From the NCBI RefSeq assembly GCF_006345805.1, contig NC_043020.1, positions 4,216,001-4,280,000 of the forward strand: 64,000 nt of DNA, in the 5' to 3' direction. This stretch comes from Octopus sinensis. Lineage: Eukaryota. Both the position numbers and the translations under genes were made by a program. Below, piece by piece: positions 37,316 through 49,556 of the stretch. Under the pieces are notes generated by a model. The model had not been told where the DNA came from. It ran no database searches and saw only the letters and a program-made list of their open reading frames with translations. Each line of letters begins with the position of its first letter. The stretch's first letter is position 1.

Positions 37316-37902
37316 ATCTGTCTGTCTCTTGTCCCCCTCTCACACTCTCACTTTTACTCTCTTCTCATATCTCTCCCCTCTTTCTCCCACAGACTCCACC
37401 GACGTGGTTATCAATAATTCTTCTGGAAAGACCCAAACAATAGGAAGATCGAGCTGCAACTGTTGTCGCTTCTGTGGGGAAACTTTTCAATAGCAGACTC
37501 ACAACAATGTGTGTGTGTGCGTGCGTGTATGCGTGCGTGTGTGTGTGTGTGTGTGTGTTGTTTGTCAATGAAATCTAATGTTAGAATAAAGGAATAAAAG
37601 AATTAGCGATGTGAGCAGAATATAGGAATTGAAGTGGCAAAGGATTTCAAGAAAGAACAATAGGCCATTGAAGTTAAGTGGTATCGCCTGTTTGTCTGTC
37701 TGTCGGTCTGTCTCGTTGAACGCCCTTTGCGCCCCGACACTTCCTCGCTCATTTACTCATCTTTCTTATGTATGTATCACACGCGCATGCGCGTGCACAC
37801 ATGCATGTACATATATATATATATATATACTTATATATATATATACATAGAGAGAGTATGTTATAAAAACACCGCGTGTATGTGTGTGTGTGTGTGTGTG
37901 TA

Positions 37903-37934
<32 letters not shown>

Positions 37935-39390
37935 AATCTCTCCTCGCTGCTTCACAACCAGTTGTGTGTCCCGTTGTTGTCGGGTAGTCTTCAAAATAAT
38001 TCTTTGGCAGGCTTTCCGTATGGCACACCAACATAAGTTAGATGTTCCCCGTTTTGACGGGGGATTTTTCCACCACACTTTTGTAAATGATGTTTGAAAA
38101 TTGATGACTGCTCCCTCCTTCAACTTCCGGACCCATTTTGGCCTCTTTTTTTCTTTTTTCTTTTTTTCCACTACGCACTTAAAAACGATGGGCGAAAGCA
38201 TGAAAATTTTTTAAAAAAGTGATAATAATAAAAGAATTGGAAATCGGTGATCACCATTACAATCTCCACTTCTTTTATTTTCAAACAGAAAATGAATTGC
38301 AATTTCAAAAAAGTAGCGAAATCGTTTACTAAATTTTTTCATTAACCTAACCCTAACCCTAACCCTCCATAAATTCTAAAATTTCGGGTTTTTTTCAAAA
38401 TTTTTTGTCATAATTTTAAAATACGGACAGTCGAAATCTGCAATCTGTTTCTGTTTATAATTTCCAAACGAAATGATGTGTGATTTAAGGGAGAACTTCT
38501 AGTACATCCCACGACCACCTGGTACCTTTCTCGTTTCTGTGTCACTCTGACATAAATTGATGCTTTTTTTTCAATATTTTTATCCATACATAAACACATT
38601 TTATGAAATGATGATGAGTTGGTCCGTTGCTGGATTTTAAGCAACAACAAAACAAATTGTAATTTAAAATTCTGGCTCCCATCCCGCATCAAACGAGTCT
38701 GTGTGCGTGTGTGCATGCGGGCATATAAGACAAAAATATATTTACTTACAGAAAAGCAGTGGTGGCTCGTGTATAGGCACTACGGAACTGCACCCCCCCC
38801 CCATTTCCACTCGATAATGAGTCCTTTTTTCTTTAATTCTTTATATAATCCTTAAGCCTTATTTGTACATTATATAATCCTTAAACCTAATGTCAGTTTC
38901 CAACCCCCAGTTTATGAAAAAAATACAAAATTCCTTGTATAGAACTGTGCGTTTCACTGTTGGCTGTTGTGCGCATGCTCACATGTCCGAGATAGGAAGC
39001 TTCACGCTAGGGAGAGAGAGAGCACTGTGGTTCACACAGTGCCGACCCTGGTGTGCTGGTGATAGGTAGTGTTTGTTTTTGACTACGCGTGTATTGTGCT
39101 TAAAAACGTATTTTTATTCTTGAATGTGATAAAGTGTAGAATTACATTATTATCCTGCTTCCAGCTACAGTGTTATTGCCAGGATTTGAAAAATAGGGCA
39201 GATTTTTCCCCCTTATGTTGTGATTTAGGGAAGACTTGTGAAAAACACGGGGGAATTCGCGACAGTGTTCAGTGAACAAATTAAGCTCGCTACCCGGCAG
39301 TTGGTAAAATGCAAACTGATCGAGTTTATGTTTAAATTTTCTTTTTATATGTTTGTTTCCTTTTACACAATATTAAAACAACGGCATAGT

Positions 39391-39600
39391 GGCGAGCTGG
39401 CAGAGTGGTTAGCACGTCGGACGAAATGCTTAGCGGTATTTCGTCTGCCGCTACGTTCTGAGTTCAAATTGCGCCGAGGTCGACTTTGCCTTTCATCCTT
39501 TCGGGGTCGATAAATTAACCGCAGTGGCGTACTGGGGTTGATCTAATCAAGTGGCCACCTCACCAAAAATTTCTGGCCTTGTGCCTAGAGTAGAAAGGAA
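39391..39600 (+). mobile_element. SINE family A, tail type 2
   Basis: Same head and core as 2354, but ends GGCCTTGTGCCTAGAGTAGAAAGGA. Confidence 0.88.
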
Positions 39601-39838
39601 TTTTAAAACAACAGCTAAAAATTTTCGGAAGCAGTTCTCCAACTCACGTCGAACTATATTTATGTGTCAAGAATCTAAAGAATGCGCATGCGTAAGGGAC
39701 TGCAGTTAGCTGCTTATTAGAGTGCCTGAAGTTTAGTGTCGCCAAAAAGCGAACGATTTTGGGGGCCAACACAGTATTATATATATATATATATATAAAT
39801 ATATATATGACCACAAGCTTGCGTGCTTGTCTAAAATT

Positions 39839-40837
39839 GATAACGTCCAGGTTTCTGTGCCATATAGTAGAATTGGTTCGACTGTGACTTTGAATATTTC
39901 AAGTTTGAAGTCTCTACTTAGATTTGATGACCAGATCTTATGCATGTCATTACCGGCTGACCAGGCCATACCCTTTCTAGTTAGAAAGTCTTTTCCAGAT
40001 GATGATATGTATGAGCCAAGATATTTATAATCAGAAACCATATTTAAGGGCGCATTGTTGAGAGTATGGATGATGCAATCACTGTTGGACAGGCACTTGT
40101 TTATGTATTCAGTTTTGGCCTCATTGAGGTAAAGACCTACACAATTTGAGGCTTGTTCAAGCGATTGTAAAAGAGACTGGGCATTGGAGAGAGAATCACT
40201 GATAAGAGCGATGTCGTCAGCAAAGTCAGTGTCTGTCAAGTACTCAGCTGGGTGTCTGGAACTTCTTCTTGGTTTTATTTCAAAGCCCTTGCCAGAGATG
40301 GTATCAACTGACATACGTAGCACATAATCAACAACAATGATGAAAAGAAATGGGGCGAGTGTGTCTCCCTGCAGAATTCCGGCTTTGATTGAGAAAGATG
40401 ATGTTTCTCCGTCAGGGGTTAAGATGGTTGAGGACGTGTCTGTGTAGAGGACCTTGATGGCAGAAATGATTGAGAGGCGGTTGGATGGAACCTACACTCG
40501 CCTCCTTATGAGAGCTCAAAATCTCTCGTGGAAGCGCCATCCAACCAAAATGCAAATATATGGGAAACTACCACCTGTGTCATCTCTTGTGAAAGGTAGG
40601 AGAGTCCAGTTTGCTGGACATTGTTGTAGAGCTGAAAAAGAAGTAATTTCTACTCTTCTCCTCCGGAAGCCATCTACTCGCAATACCAGAGGGCGCACAC
40701 TCTCCTACCCTGATGTAATCTCCAGGGATACAGGCATCCAGCAACAGGACCTCCGTAATGCCATGATGGACCGTGAAGTCTGGCGTAGCATGGTAAATTC
40801 CATTGTCTCGACCACGGTCGAATAATGATGATGATGA
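39839..40837 (+). mobile_element. 5'-truncated, 5'-inverted RTE/RTEX-type LINE with 11-bp TSD
   Basis: 39839 to about 40470 encodes, on the minus strand, an uninterrupted RT segment (GILQGDTLAPFLF, FADD, YKYLGS, LLYGTETWTLS). About 40471-40825 encodes the continuation on the plus strand (ERRLDGTYTRLL...FAGHC...) up to the stop and a (TGA)n tail. TSD TGTCTAAAATT at 39828-39838 and 40838-40848. Confidence 0.93.
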
Positions 40838-41096
40838 TGTCTAAAATTAAATACAGCCAAACTGGCACATAATGGGAAAATACTCTGAAAGTAAGATGCT
40901 ATTGAAATGTGAATACAAACGGAATAAGACAAGTTTTGCTTAGATCAGATCTCCGGTTCTCGAGGGACGCAGTTTTTCGGGAACTTTGAACTACTGGTGA
41001 CTCAACAGGTCACGGATAGTCTAGGGGGGGGGGGGTTAGAAAGAAAGGGAGACTGGAATAGAATTTGCTTAACATCGAGGGAAAATACTTAATCCA

Positions 41097-41445
41097 GGCG
41101 TGTTTGTGTCGTTAGAACTTTGCTTCCCAACCACGTGGTTCCTTCCAAGTTCAGTCCCATTCCATGATACTTTGGTCAAATGTCTTCTACAACAGCTTCA
41201 GGCTGACGGAAGCCTTATGAGTGAACTGGTAGAAAGAAACTGAAAGAACCCTGTCTATATATAACCGGTGTTGGTGTGTTCACGTTCCTGTAAGCTAGCA
41301 GTTCGGCAAAAGATAACGATAAAATAAGTACCAGGGTTTGCAAAAAAAGTACAGGTGTTGATTCGTTCGACTAAAATTCTTTACGGTTGTGCCCCAGCAT
41401 GGCCGCAATCTAATGACTGAAACAGGTAAAATATAAAGATAAAAG
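41097..41445 (+). mobile_element. SINE family D
   Basis: GCTTCCCAACCACGTGGTT head through to CAGCATGGCCGCAATCTAATGACTGAAACA. Confidence 0.82.
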
Positions 41446-41984
41446 ATGATCCTAACTCCACATCTGTCTGTCACTCTTTTTCTCTAACTCCCACCTCTCT
41501 CTTCCATTCGTCCCTCTGCTCTCTCTCTCTCTCTCTCTCTCATTCTTCAATCGTATTACATACTTTCTCTTTCCCCTTCTCATTCTCTCTCCTCCTCCTC
41601 CCCCTCCGTGTATTCGTTTACCACTCCCTTCCCAATACCAACCCCTTCAACGTAAATGAAGCAAGAGGAGCGGCAGGAGGAGACATCGATAAAATGAGGT
41701 GGAAGGGTGGCAAACGGGTGTCAGGAAGGATGATAGGTATTACACAGTCGTTGGAGGGAAGGGGTTGTAGGGCGTGGTTGGCGAGGGTGAGGGAAGTGCG
41801 GGTGGGTCGATGGGAGTAATTCTTAGTTAAAGTGTAGAGAAGGGGTCAGTCCGAAACACTCGGGTGTCTGGTTATTAAGGAGCAGCTTTCCCCCACCACC
41901 CCTACATCCGCCACCAACACCTCATCCCTCTCCCACAGACATTACAACCAGCACCTATGCTATAACAGTTCTTAGGGGACACCC

Positions 41985-42360
41985 GGATGTGCTAGACACA
42001 GCAGCCAAATTTCCCTCAGAAATTTGCTGTGAGTAACGTGGAACTCGATTCCTTGTTAATGGGAAAACAGGATGGTCACGGCTGGAATGGTCATCATAGG
42101 TGTGCTCCTAGGGCTAACAACAATAATAGAACCTGCTAGCTAGAAACAGCAGCCAAATTATCTTCATCGCATCCGTCTTTTTAAAACAAGTCTCAAATAA
42201 CTGTCTTCGATTATCGATCTGCTCGATAAGTATTGACAACAACAACAACACTGCCCGCTAGATATAGCAGCCAAATTTCCATCAAATCTCACTGTACAAT
42301 CTCAATAGAAGATCACGGCTGGAATTGGCTGACCTAGGGTTAAACAACAAAAACAAAACG
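41985..42360 (+). repeat. Three degenerate tandem fragments of a SINE/LINE-tail family ending in (AAC)n
   Basis: GCTAGAnAyAGCAGCCAAAT occurs three times and TCACGGCTGGAAT twice. Related pieces at about 33970-34085 (+) and 49600-49790 (-). Confidence 0.55.
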
Positions 42361-42835
42361 AGGACTCTACCTCACACATACACACATTACTTGTCATTGA
42401 TACACACTTTCTATGTGTGTATCTATACATATATATATATATACACACACACTCAACACGGAGTGCGAGACACGACTTAATGTTGACTTGGAACCACGAA
42501 ACATTTAAAGATTAATTAGAGACGAGAAATGAACAATAAACGGAACAGCTACCGGCTGAGCTTCCATTCTGGCTTAACTCCCTCCGTGAAATTGCCTTTA
42601 ATTCATTCATCAATTTATAAATTGTGTGTATGTGTGTAGTATATGGTCAGCGCGTTTTATGTGGTGTGTGTATGTGGATATGTGATTTTCGTAGTGCGTG
42701 CGTGTGTATATGCATGCATGTACGTGTATGGCTGTGAGTGTGTGTAGCTGTCTTGGCGGTGGGGGATGTATGCGCGTGTGTTAATCAGTATGTGTGTATG
42801 TGTATGAGTAAATGTGCGAGTGAAAATGCGCGTTT

Positions 42836-43066
42836 CGGTGGTGGTGGCGGCGGCAGCGGTGGTGGTGGTGGTGGTGGTGGTTTTGGTGGCGGCAGCGGTG
42901 GTGGTGGTGGTGGTGGCGGCAGCGGTGGTGGTGGCGGCAGCGGTGGTGGTGGCGGCGGCAGCGGTGGTGGTGGCGGCGGCAGCGGTGGTGGTGGCGGCGG
43001 CAGCGGTGGTGGTGGCGGCGGCAGCGGTGGTGGTGGCGGCGGCAGCGGTGGTGGTGGTGGTGGGGG
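42836..43066. repeat. GC-rich minisatellite, 21-bp unit GGTGGTGGTGGCGGCGGCAGC
   Basis: About five perfect units plus shorter variants. A related (GGT)n array lies at about 43338-43475. Confidence 0.92.
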
Positions 43067-45333
43067 TGTCGGTAACAGAATATTGTGGAAAGATAAAAAA
43101 AAAAAAACGCCGTTCCAGCAAGTTGTCACTCTTCAAAGATGAAAGGAGGCCACTGTCCCACCCAGCTCACGCGACCATCCCACCTCTGGGTGGGTGGGCA
43201 CACGTGACGCATTGCCAAGCTGTTTTCAAGCAGAAACACTCCAAATAAACCAATCGACCAACGATCGAATTTCACCAACAGCCGTCGAGGGGTTTTTTTT
43301 TCTATAGAGTTTAATAGCACAGTAATCGATCATGTTGTTGGTGGTGGCGGTGGCGTAGAGGTGGTTGTATTGATGGTGGCGGTGGCGTAGAGGTGGTGGT
43401 GGTGGTGTGGGTGGTGGTGGTGGTGGCGTAGAGGTGGTTGTAGTGATGGTGGTGGTGGTGGTGGTGGTGGTGGTGTGCTGTTGTTTTGGTTGTTATTCTT
43501 CTAATTGTTATTGTTTCTGCTGTTGATGTTGTTATTACTCTTATTGATTCGCTTCTTTCTGTTCCTTTATATTGATGTTGTTGTTGTTGTTGTCGTAGCT
43601 ATTGATGTTATTTATCTCTGTTCTTGTTGTTATCTGCGTTCTCTATCTTTTGCCAAACATTGTAAATGAAAGAAATACATTTAGATATTGATGTTTCGTT
43701 TTGTTTAACCTCGACAAATCGATACACATACATTGCCCATATGTAAATAATGTGGGTGTATATGTGCGCGCACACACACACACACACACATGTAGGATTG
43801 TATACATGGATTATGTATGTATTTATGAATGTATATATTACCTCCTACTCTCTCTCTCTCTCTTTCTTTTTCTCTCTCTCTTTCTTTCTTTCTTTCTCTC
43901 CTGTCTTATGGCCTATGGCCATACACACACACACACACACACACACATACATATGTATGAATGTATGTACTTATGCTCGTATACACACACGCGCGCGCGC
44001 GCAAGGGGTGGTGTCATAGTTTAGTGTTCAAAAACTATGTAGCATTTACAAAAAAAACATCGGAGAAAATAGAAGAAATTATTCAATATTAATGATTGAC
44101 AACCAAAAAAATACTCAAAATATAAAGCAGCCGTTTCTTTAAAGGACACCAACACACAGATGTTGCTAGATGTGACGACAGCGCGTTCATACTTATGACA
44201 GGCGCCATTTTGTTTCAAGAAATGAACAACGGTAAAAGTTTTAAAAAAATTTTCGTTCGTCGCCATCTTTTTATTTATTTTTTTTTTTTTGTACGCATTT
44301 TGATCGTTGGACTCGCGGCCATGCTGGAGGGCTACCTTCTAAACTAATGATTTCCAAATTGATTTTGTCATGGAACCCTTTGACCATTTCCCCTCTCACT
44401 CCCACGCCCCAAAGTCTCAGAATCCAAATATACATTTTACGGACAACCACCCTCGCCTTAATTTTAACAGAACTTTTTAAATGAATAAAAAAGAAGTTAT
44501 TCATATAAAAACAACTAAACCAATAATATTGAATAAGATTCAAAGGGTCATATTGTGGATGCCAGAACTTTCTCAAGGAACTCACTCGAGGACACTGTAT
44601 AGTTTATTAGATTATACCCAATCCAGTACATACAGCTGAAAAATTGGCGGAATCAGTAGAGCATCGGACGAAATGTCATGTGGTATTTATCCTGTTCTTT
44701 GTGTATGTGCTGCTAATCCTGACATGGTCAGCATTCATCTTGCTGGGGCTGATAAATAGCATTGTAGGGCAGTGGAATGCCAGATGCTTTGCGTATATTA
44801 AAAATAAGTTTGCATTTAGAAACCAGAAGACTAAGCACTGATATTTTCATGCATATTTCTTTCTTATATTGTCTTCGTAATCCCTTACACCAAACTATCG
44901 TCTGCATTCGTTCAGAGTTCAAAGCGAATGCCGTAGTGGGTATGATAATGGGATCTGTTGGTAGAAGGAAGACACAATTTATATCAGTCTTACTACTTGA
45001 CTGAAAGGATGCGAAGCAAAGTTTCCACCAGCCTCATTTGAACTCAGAACGTGAAGAATCGTAATTAGTGGTAATTTATCTCGCGCTCGTAACAAAGACA
45101 AGGTTTTGAAATGGAAGATGACGAGCTCTAATCCTTTGAATCTTCCATCGAGTACTCATTGATATTCAACCTGTGATCACTCGGACATTGCTATTAGCAA
45201 TTCACGCGCTACCTATCCCTAACTATCTTGTCGACGACACACTCTCCAAAGTGTACCTTGTCAACTATACATACCTCAAACTGTATAGATTGTATATCTT
45301 GCTGACTATACACACTCCAATGGCTATATAGAG

Positions 45334-45388
<55 letters not shown>

Positions 45389-45879
45389 ATATATACACTC
45401 CGACACAGCTTAACTGTTAATACGCTACCGCTGTATCGACTTTCAGCTGTCGTTCTATGCCGCTGGTGACAGTTCTTTCTTGATTGCACCATTCTTTTCT
45501 ACTTTGGCCCTCATCATTTAACTAAATCGTTTTCCTATTTCGTAGAGGGCCTTCTGTGAGGCCCTTTCCGATCTTTTGGATATTACTCGGTAACAGCCTG
45601 TTGTCTGTGAACTCTGCGGCATATCCGGTCCAGCTATAAATACCAATAATCTATTAATCTCTTTCTGTGGAAAGAATATGGATATTCGTTTCTTATAATC
45701 ATCCGACAAGAGTCGATCTTAGTTTGCCTGTTCTTCGAGAGGTAAAAAGATTTGAACTACTTCAAATTCAAACAAAACATACTACATTATACCCGCCCTT
45801 ATGCAGTGCATCTAAGTTCCAAATATCATAGGGATCCATTCAGTAATTTTGTTCATGAAATTGTATGAAATAGACAGCT

Positions 45880-45998
45880 TTACCCTTCTCCTTAGGCTTG
45901 CATTTTGTGTTTCAAGTTTCATTAGGATCGGTGCAGCAGTTTTCGAATGTATAAGTAACATGCGAACACACATAAAGACATTGACTTTTATATAATAC

Positions 45999-46002
<4 letters not shown>
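45880..46002 (+). mobile_element. Possible Helentron/HINE-like non-autonomous 3' end
   Basis: AAGTTTCATTAGGATCGGTGCAGCAGTTT...ACACACA...TTTTATATAATACAGAT layout. A similar piece lies at about 47685-47770. Confidence 0.35.
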
Positions 46003-46041
<39 letters not shown>

Positions 46042-46144
46042 ATGCACATACATGTATATATGTGTGTGTGTGTGTATTATACACACACATACACACAGAA
46101 AAATAGATTGACAGATACAATTGAGTGGACAAACAAAAATATGA

Positions 46145-46492
46145 GACACTGCTTTGAAGAATTTTTTGTCGAATGAATCGACCCCAATGCTTATTTTAAA
46201 AAATTTGATAAGCCTGGTACTTATTCTGTCAATCTCTTGTCAAATCAGTAAGTTATGGGGATGTAAATAAACCAACAGCAGTTGTCAAGCAGTGATGAGG
46301 GAGAAACACAGACACAAAGACACACTTACATATATACATACAATTGGTTTCTGTCTACGAAATCCACTCACAAGGTTTTGGTTGGTCTGAGGCTATAACA
46401 GAAGGTACATGCCAAGTTACCACTCAGTAGGACTGAACCCAGGACCATGTGTTTTGGAACCAAGTTTCTTACCACGCAGCCGCACTTGCACC
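46145..46492 (-). mobile_element. SINE family D (degraded)
   Basis: AAGCCTGGTACTTATTCT, AAATCCACTCACAAGG and GGGACTGAACCC-like blocks. Confidence 0.8.
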
Positions 46493-46927
46493 TATGTATG
46501 TATGTATGTATGAATGTGTGTGTGTGTGTGTGTGTGTGTATGAATGAATGAGAGTCAACGGCCATCCAATAAATGTCTTAAGGCTGTATCATGCGCGGGT
46601 ACATAGAAATAATCGGACTGAATACCCGATCGCGCGGTTAAACCATTGGGAGTGAAGGACTCCTAGCCTTTGTTAGAGCATCCTTCTAGGAGAAGGTAAC
46701 TCAGGTAACTGAGATACCTCCGACATAAAACCTGCGGCTCAGTGGTTACCGATGATGTTGACTTGTTCTTCTTTTCGGATTATGGCTGCTGTTGCTTAGT
46801 GTGTGGGATTGACTCAGTGCACAGCCTTTCCTCCCTTTAAAAAAAATCTTCTTGCACAGGCATTGCACGATAACAACATTGATTAAGCTTCGTGCAATGG
46901 CCATACTCGATAACGAGGGGGCAGCCA

Positions 46928-47004
<77 letters not shown>

Positions 47005-47107
47005 ATATGGGTATGTATAAATATATGTATGCATGTATATATGTGTACATATATATACACACACACATATATACCTACATATATACATATATATAAACAT
47101 ATGAATC

Positions 47108-47170
<63 letters not shown>

Positions 47171-47174
<4 letters not shown>

Positions 47175-47489
47175 CAAAAATGGGACATGGACGCAAAAAA
47201 CGTCCAGATAGTTATGTAATATAAAAAAGGGGCAACAAAACATCCAGACAGACGATACAAAGGAAACAAAGACGGGTCATTCGCAGTTTTCTTTCCTCAG
47301 TCGAGTTCCAGATTATCTTTGCAATTTCGGCTGGTTATACTCGAGAATGCTCCAATCTCCAGTATTACCAGCCGAAATTGCAAAGACAATCTGGAACTCG
47401 ACTGAGGAAAGAAAACTCCGAAGGACCCGTCCTGGTTTTCTTTGTATCGTCTGTCTAGATGTTTTGCGTTCTTGTCCCATTTTTGTATT
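47171..47489. repeat. Fold-back palindrome, about 135-175-bp arms, 9-nt loop
   Basis: The inner 62 bp pair with 3 mismatches around the loop ATGCTCCAA (47347-47355); the outer ends are AATACAAAAATGGGAC / GTCCCATTTTTGTATT. Embedded in (TA)n. Confidence 0.92.
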
Positions 47490-48021
47490 TTTTATATATA
47501 AAAATATAGCGGCGCACGTACACTTTGGTCTCTTATATATGTATGTTAGTGTGTGTGTGTGTGTGTGTGCCTGTTAAAGTATCTGACATTGCAATAGAAA
47601 GATCTTATTGTTTCACTTTTGACTCGTAATACTGAAATAGTGGAAGAGATAAGAGATTGCTCTGTGCTCGCATTAAATAAGTTATGTGTAAAATTTGAAT
47701 GAAATCGGTTGTGTAGTTCTCGAGTTTTAGGGATTCACACAGACAGACACACATGCTCATCGTTATAGATTGCAAAATATTTTCTTTTGCTGAAAGTAGT
47801 TCAAATTCAAAAATTATTGATGCGCACTCCATACAAACAGGAGGTGTTTCTACACAAAAGTACTATTTGCGCAGTCCAGACAATCTCAGAAATACAATGG
47901 TAACAATAAAAATGAAAAAAAATGAAGGTCGAATAGATTACAAACACTTTTTCAACTTACGGAGCTCCAAATTTCTGTGACTTTACAGTATGACGGCCAT
48001 AATAATAAAATAATAATAATA

Positions 48022-48268
48022 ATTATTATTATTATCTCTTTATTACCCACAAGGGGTTAAACACAGAGGGGACAAACAAGGACAGATATCGACCCCAGTG
48101 CGTAACTGGTACTTAATTTATCGACCCCGAAAGGATGAAAGGCAAAGTCGACCTCTCATCCTTTCGGGGTCGATAAATTAAGTACCAGTTACGCACTAGG
48201 GTCGATATCTGTCCTTGTTTGTCCCCTCTGTGTTTAGCCTCTTGTGGGTAATAAAAGAAATAATAATT
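48022..48268. repeat. Head-to-head pair of headless SINE A 3' halves forming a hairpin
   Basis: About 95-bp arms with 3 substitutions, a spacer of about 17 nt, and (TAA)n on both outer sides. Confidence 0.92.
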
Positions 48269-48702
48269 GTTATTATTATTTATTATTATTATTATTATTA
48301 TTATTTTATTAATAATAATAATAATATGAAGAAGAATGATAATGATAGCAAAGCAATAAACAAAATACAACAATAAAAACGAACCCTAAAATCCTTTATT
48401 GAAACTACTGTTTGAAGGAGGGGGGAGCTTGTGGGCCTAATGCTGTACATAGCGGAACACGTAATCTTCGTTCTTTGTTCAAGACCTAGTTGCGACTGGG
48501 TTTGGCAGAGAGATAATATCAATGATCTAATGATGTCGCTCACACAACGAAATATTGCGACGCTGTTTCTATTGATGTTTCTCACCAGTCGAAGTATAAC
48601 TGATCGATTTAATATTACCGACAACATTATTGGCAACAGAAACAGCTAATGTCTTGTCAGCTGATGTCGGCTGGGGTCAACGCATTCTTCACGTCGGGCT
48701 GA

Positions 48703-49434
48703 AGTTCAGCATCCCCAACCACATGGTTGCAGGTTCAGTCCCACTACGCGGCATCTTGAGCAAGTTTCTTCTACTATAGTCTCGGACCGACCGAACCCCT
48801 GTGAGAAGATTTTGTGGACGGAAACTGAAAGAAGCCTAAAGTATTTGTGTGCGCACGCGTGTGTGTATTACTATCACTTGACAATGGTGTGTTTATCTCC
48901 CCGCAGCATAGCCGTTCGGCAAAAGAGACGATAGAAAAAGTACAAGGCTAAAGGTGGGCTACAGCAAATATTCTGCTCAGTACCACAGATTTGCTTGTCA
49001 GTTGTTTGACCTTAACCAGTTGAGCATGTCCCTTAGTGGCTGACGATATGTGCATCTCTGATCACGAGCAGAAGTAGTGAGGGAGCATCATAGCCATGTG
49101 TTGAGAGGGATTCTTTGGGGTTTGAATAATTCACCTCTGGAAACATGGGTGTTTCGTTCAACATCCTTAAACAACCCTTATTCAGGGACCTTTTGAGCGG
49201 GATGGGCTACTCAACCTGAAGAAAATTCTAACTGGGCCCCACCTGCAAGGTCATGTGCTGTTTATCCTGATATGAGATCACCATGTCGCGCACATTTGGT
49301 TATGATGCATGTGCCTAGTGTACCCTTATCAGACGGGTAGTCATGATGGGTATATTGGGCTTCGTATATTTTACCCCAGTGTCACTTTGATGGCATGCAC
49401 TGCTCTCTCACTCAATAATAATAATAATAATAAT

Positions 49435-49475
<41 letters not shown>

Positions 49476-49556
49476 CTTTGGTCGATTCCTCCGACTAAAA
49501 ATTCTTCGAGGCGGAGCTTTAGCATGGTCTAATGACTGAAACAAGTAAAAAGATAA
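48703..49556 (+). mobile_element. SINE family D split by a retroposed insert (about 48953-49470) with an (AAT)n tail
   Basis: SINE D blocks stop at AGTACAAGGCTAAA and resume after the (AAT)n run at GGTCGATTCCTCCGACTAAAA...TGACTGAAACAAGTAAAA. Confidence 0.75.

Noticed and set aside
38343-38366. (CCCTAA)n telomere-like run
   Set aside because: Only 3-4 units inside an AT-rich repeat-like segment. Not a telomere or a fusion signature.
42738-43142. Gly/Ser-rich 134-aa ORF (and antisense Pro/Thr/Ala-rich ORFs)
   Set aside because: All frames are open because of the GGN minisatellite, and the flanks are (TG)n-derived. No evidence of a real glycine-rich gene.
46861-46899. 10-bp perfect inverted repeat CATTGCACGA / TCGTGCAATG
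   Set aside because: Too short to interpret; no Helitron CTRR end or other context.
47401-47432. CTGAGGA...CGAAG as a functional hammerhead
   Set aside because: GAAA is broken and no stem I complement exists, so it is noted only as a possible remnant.
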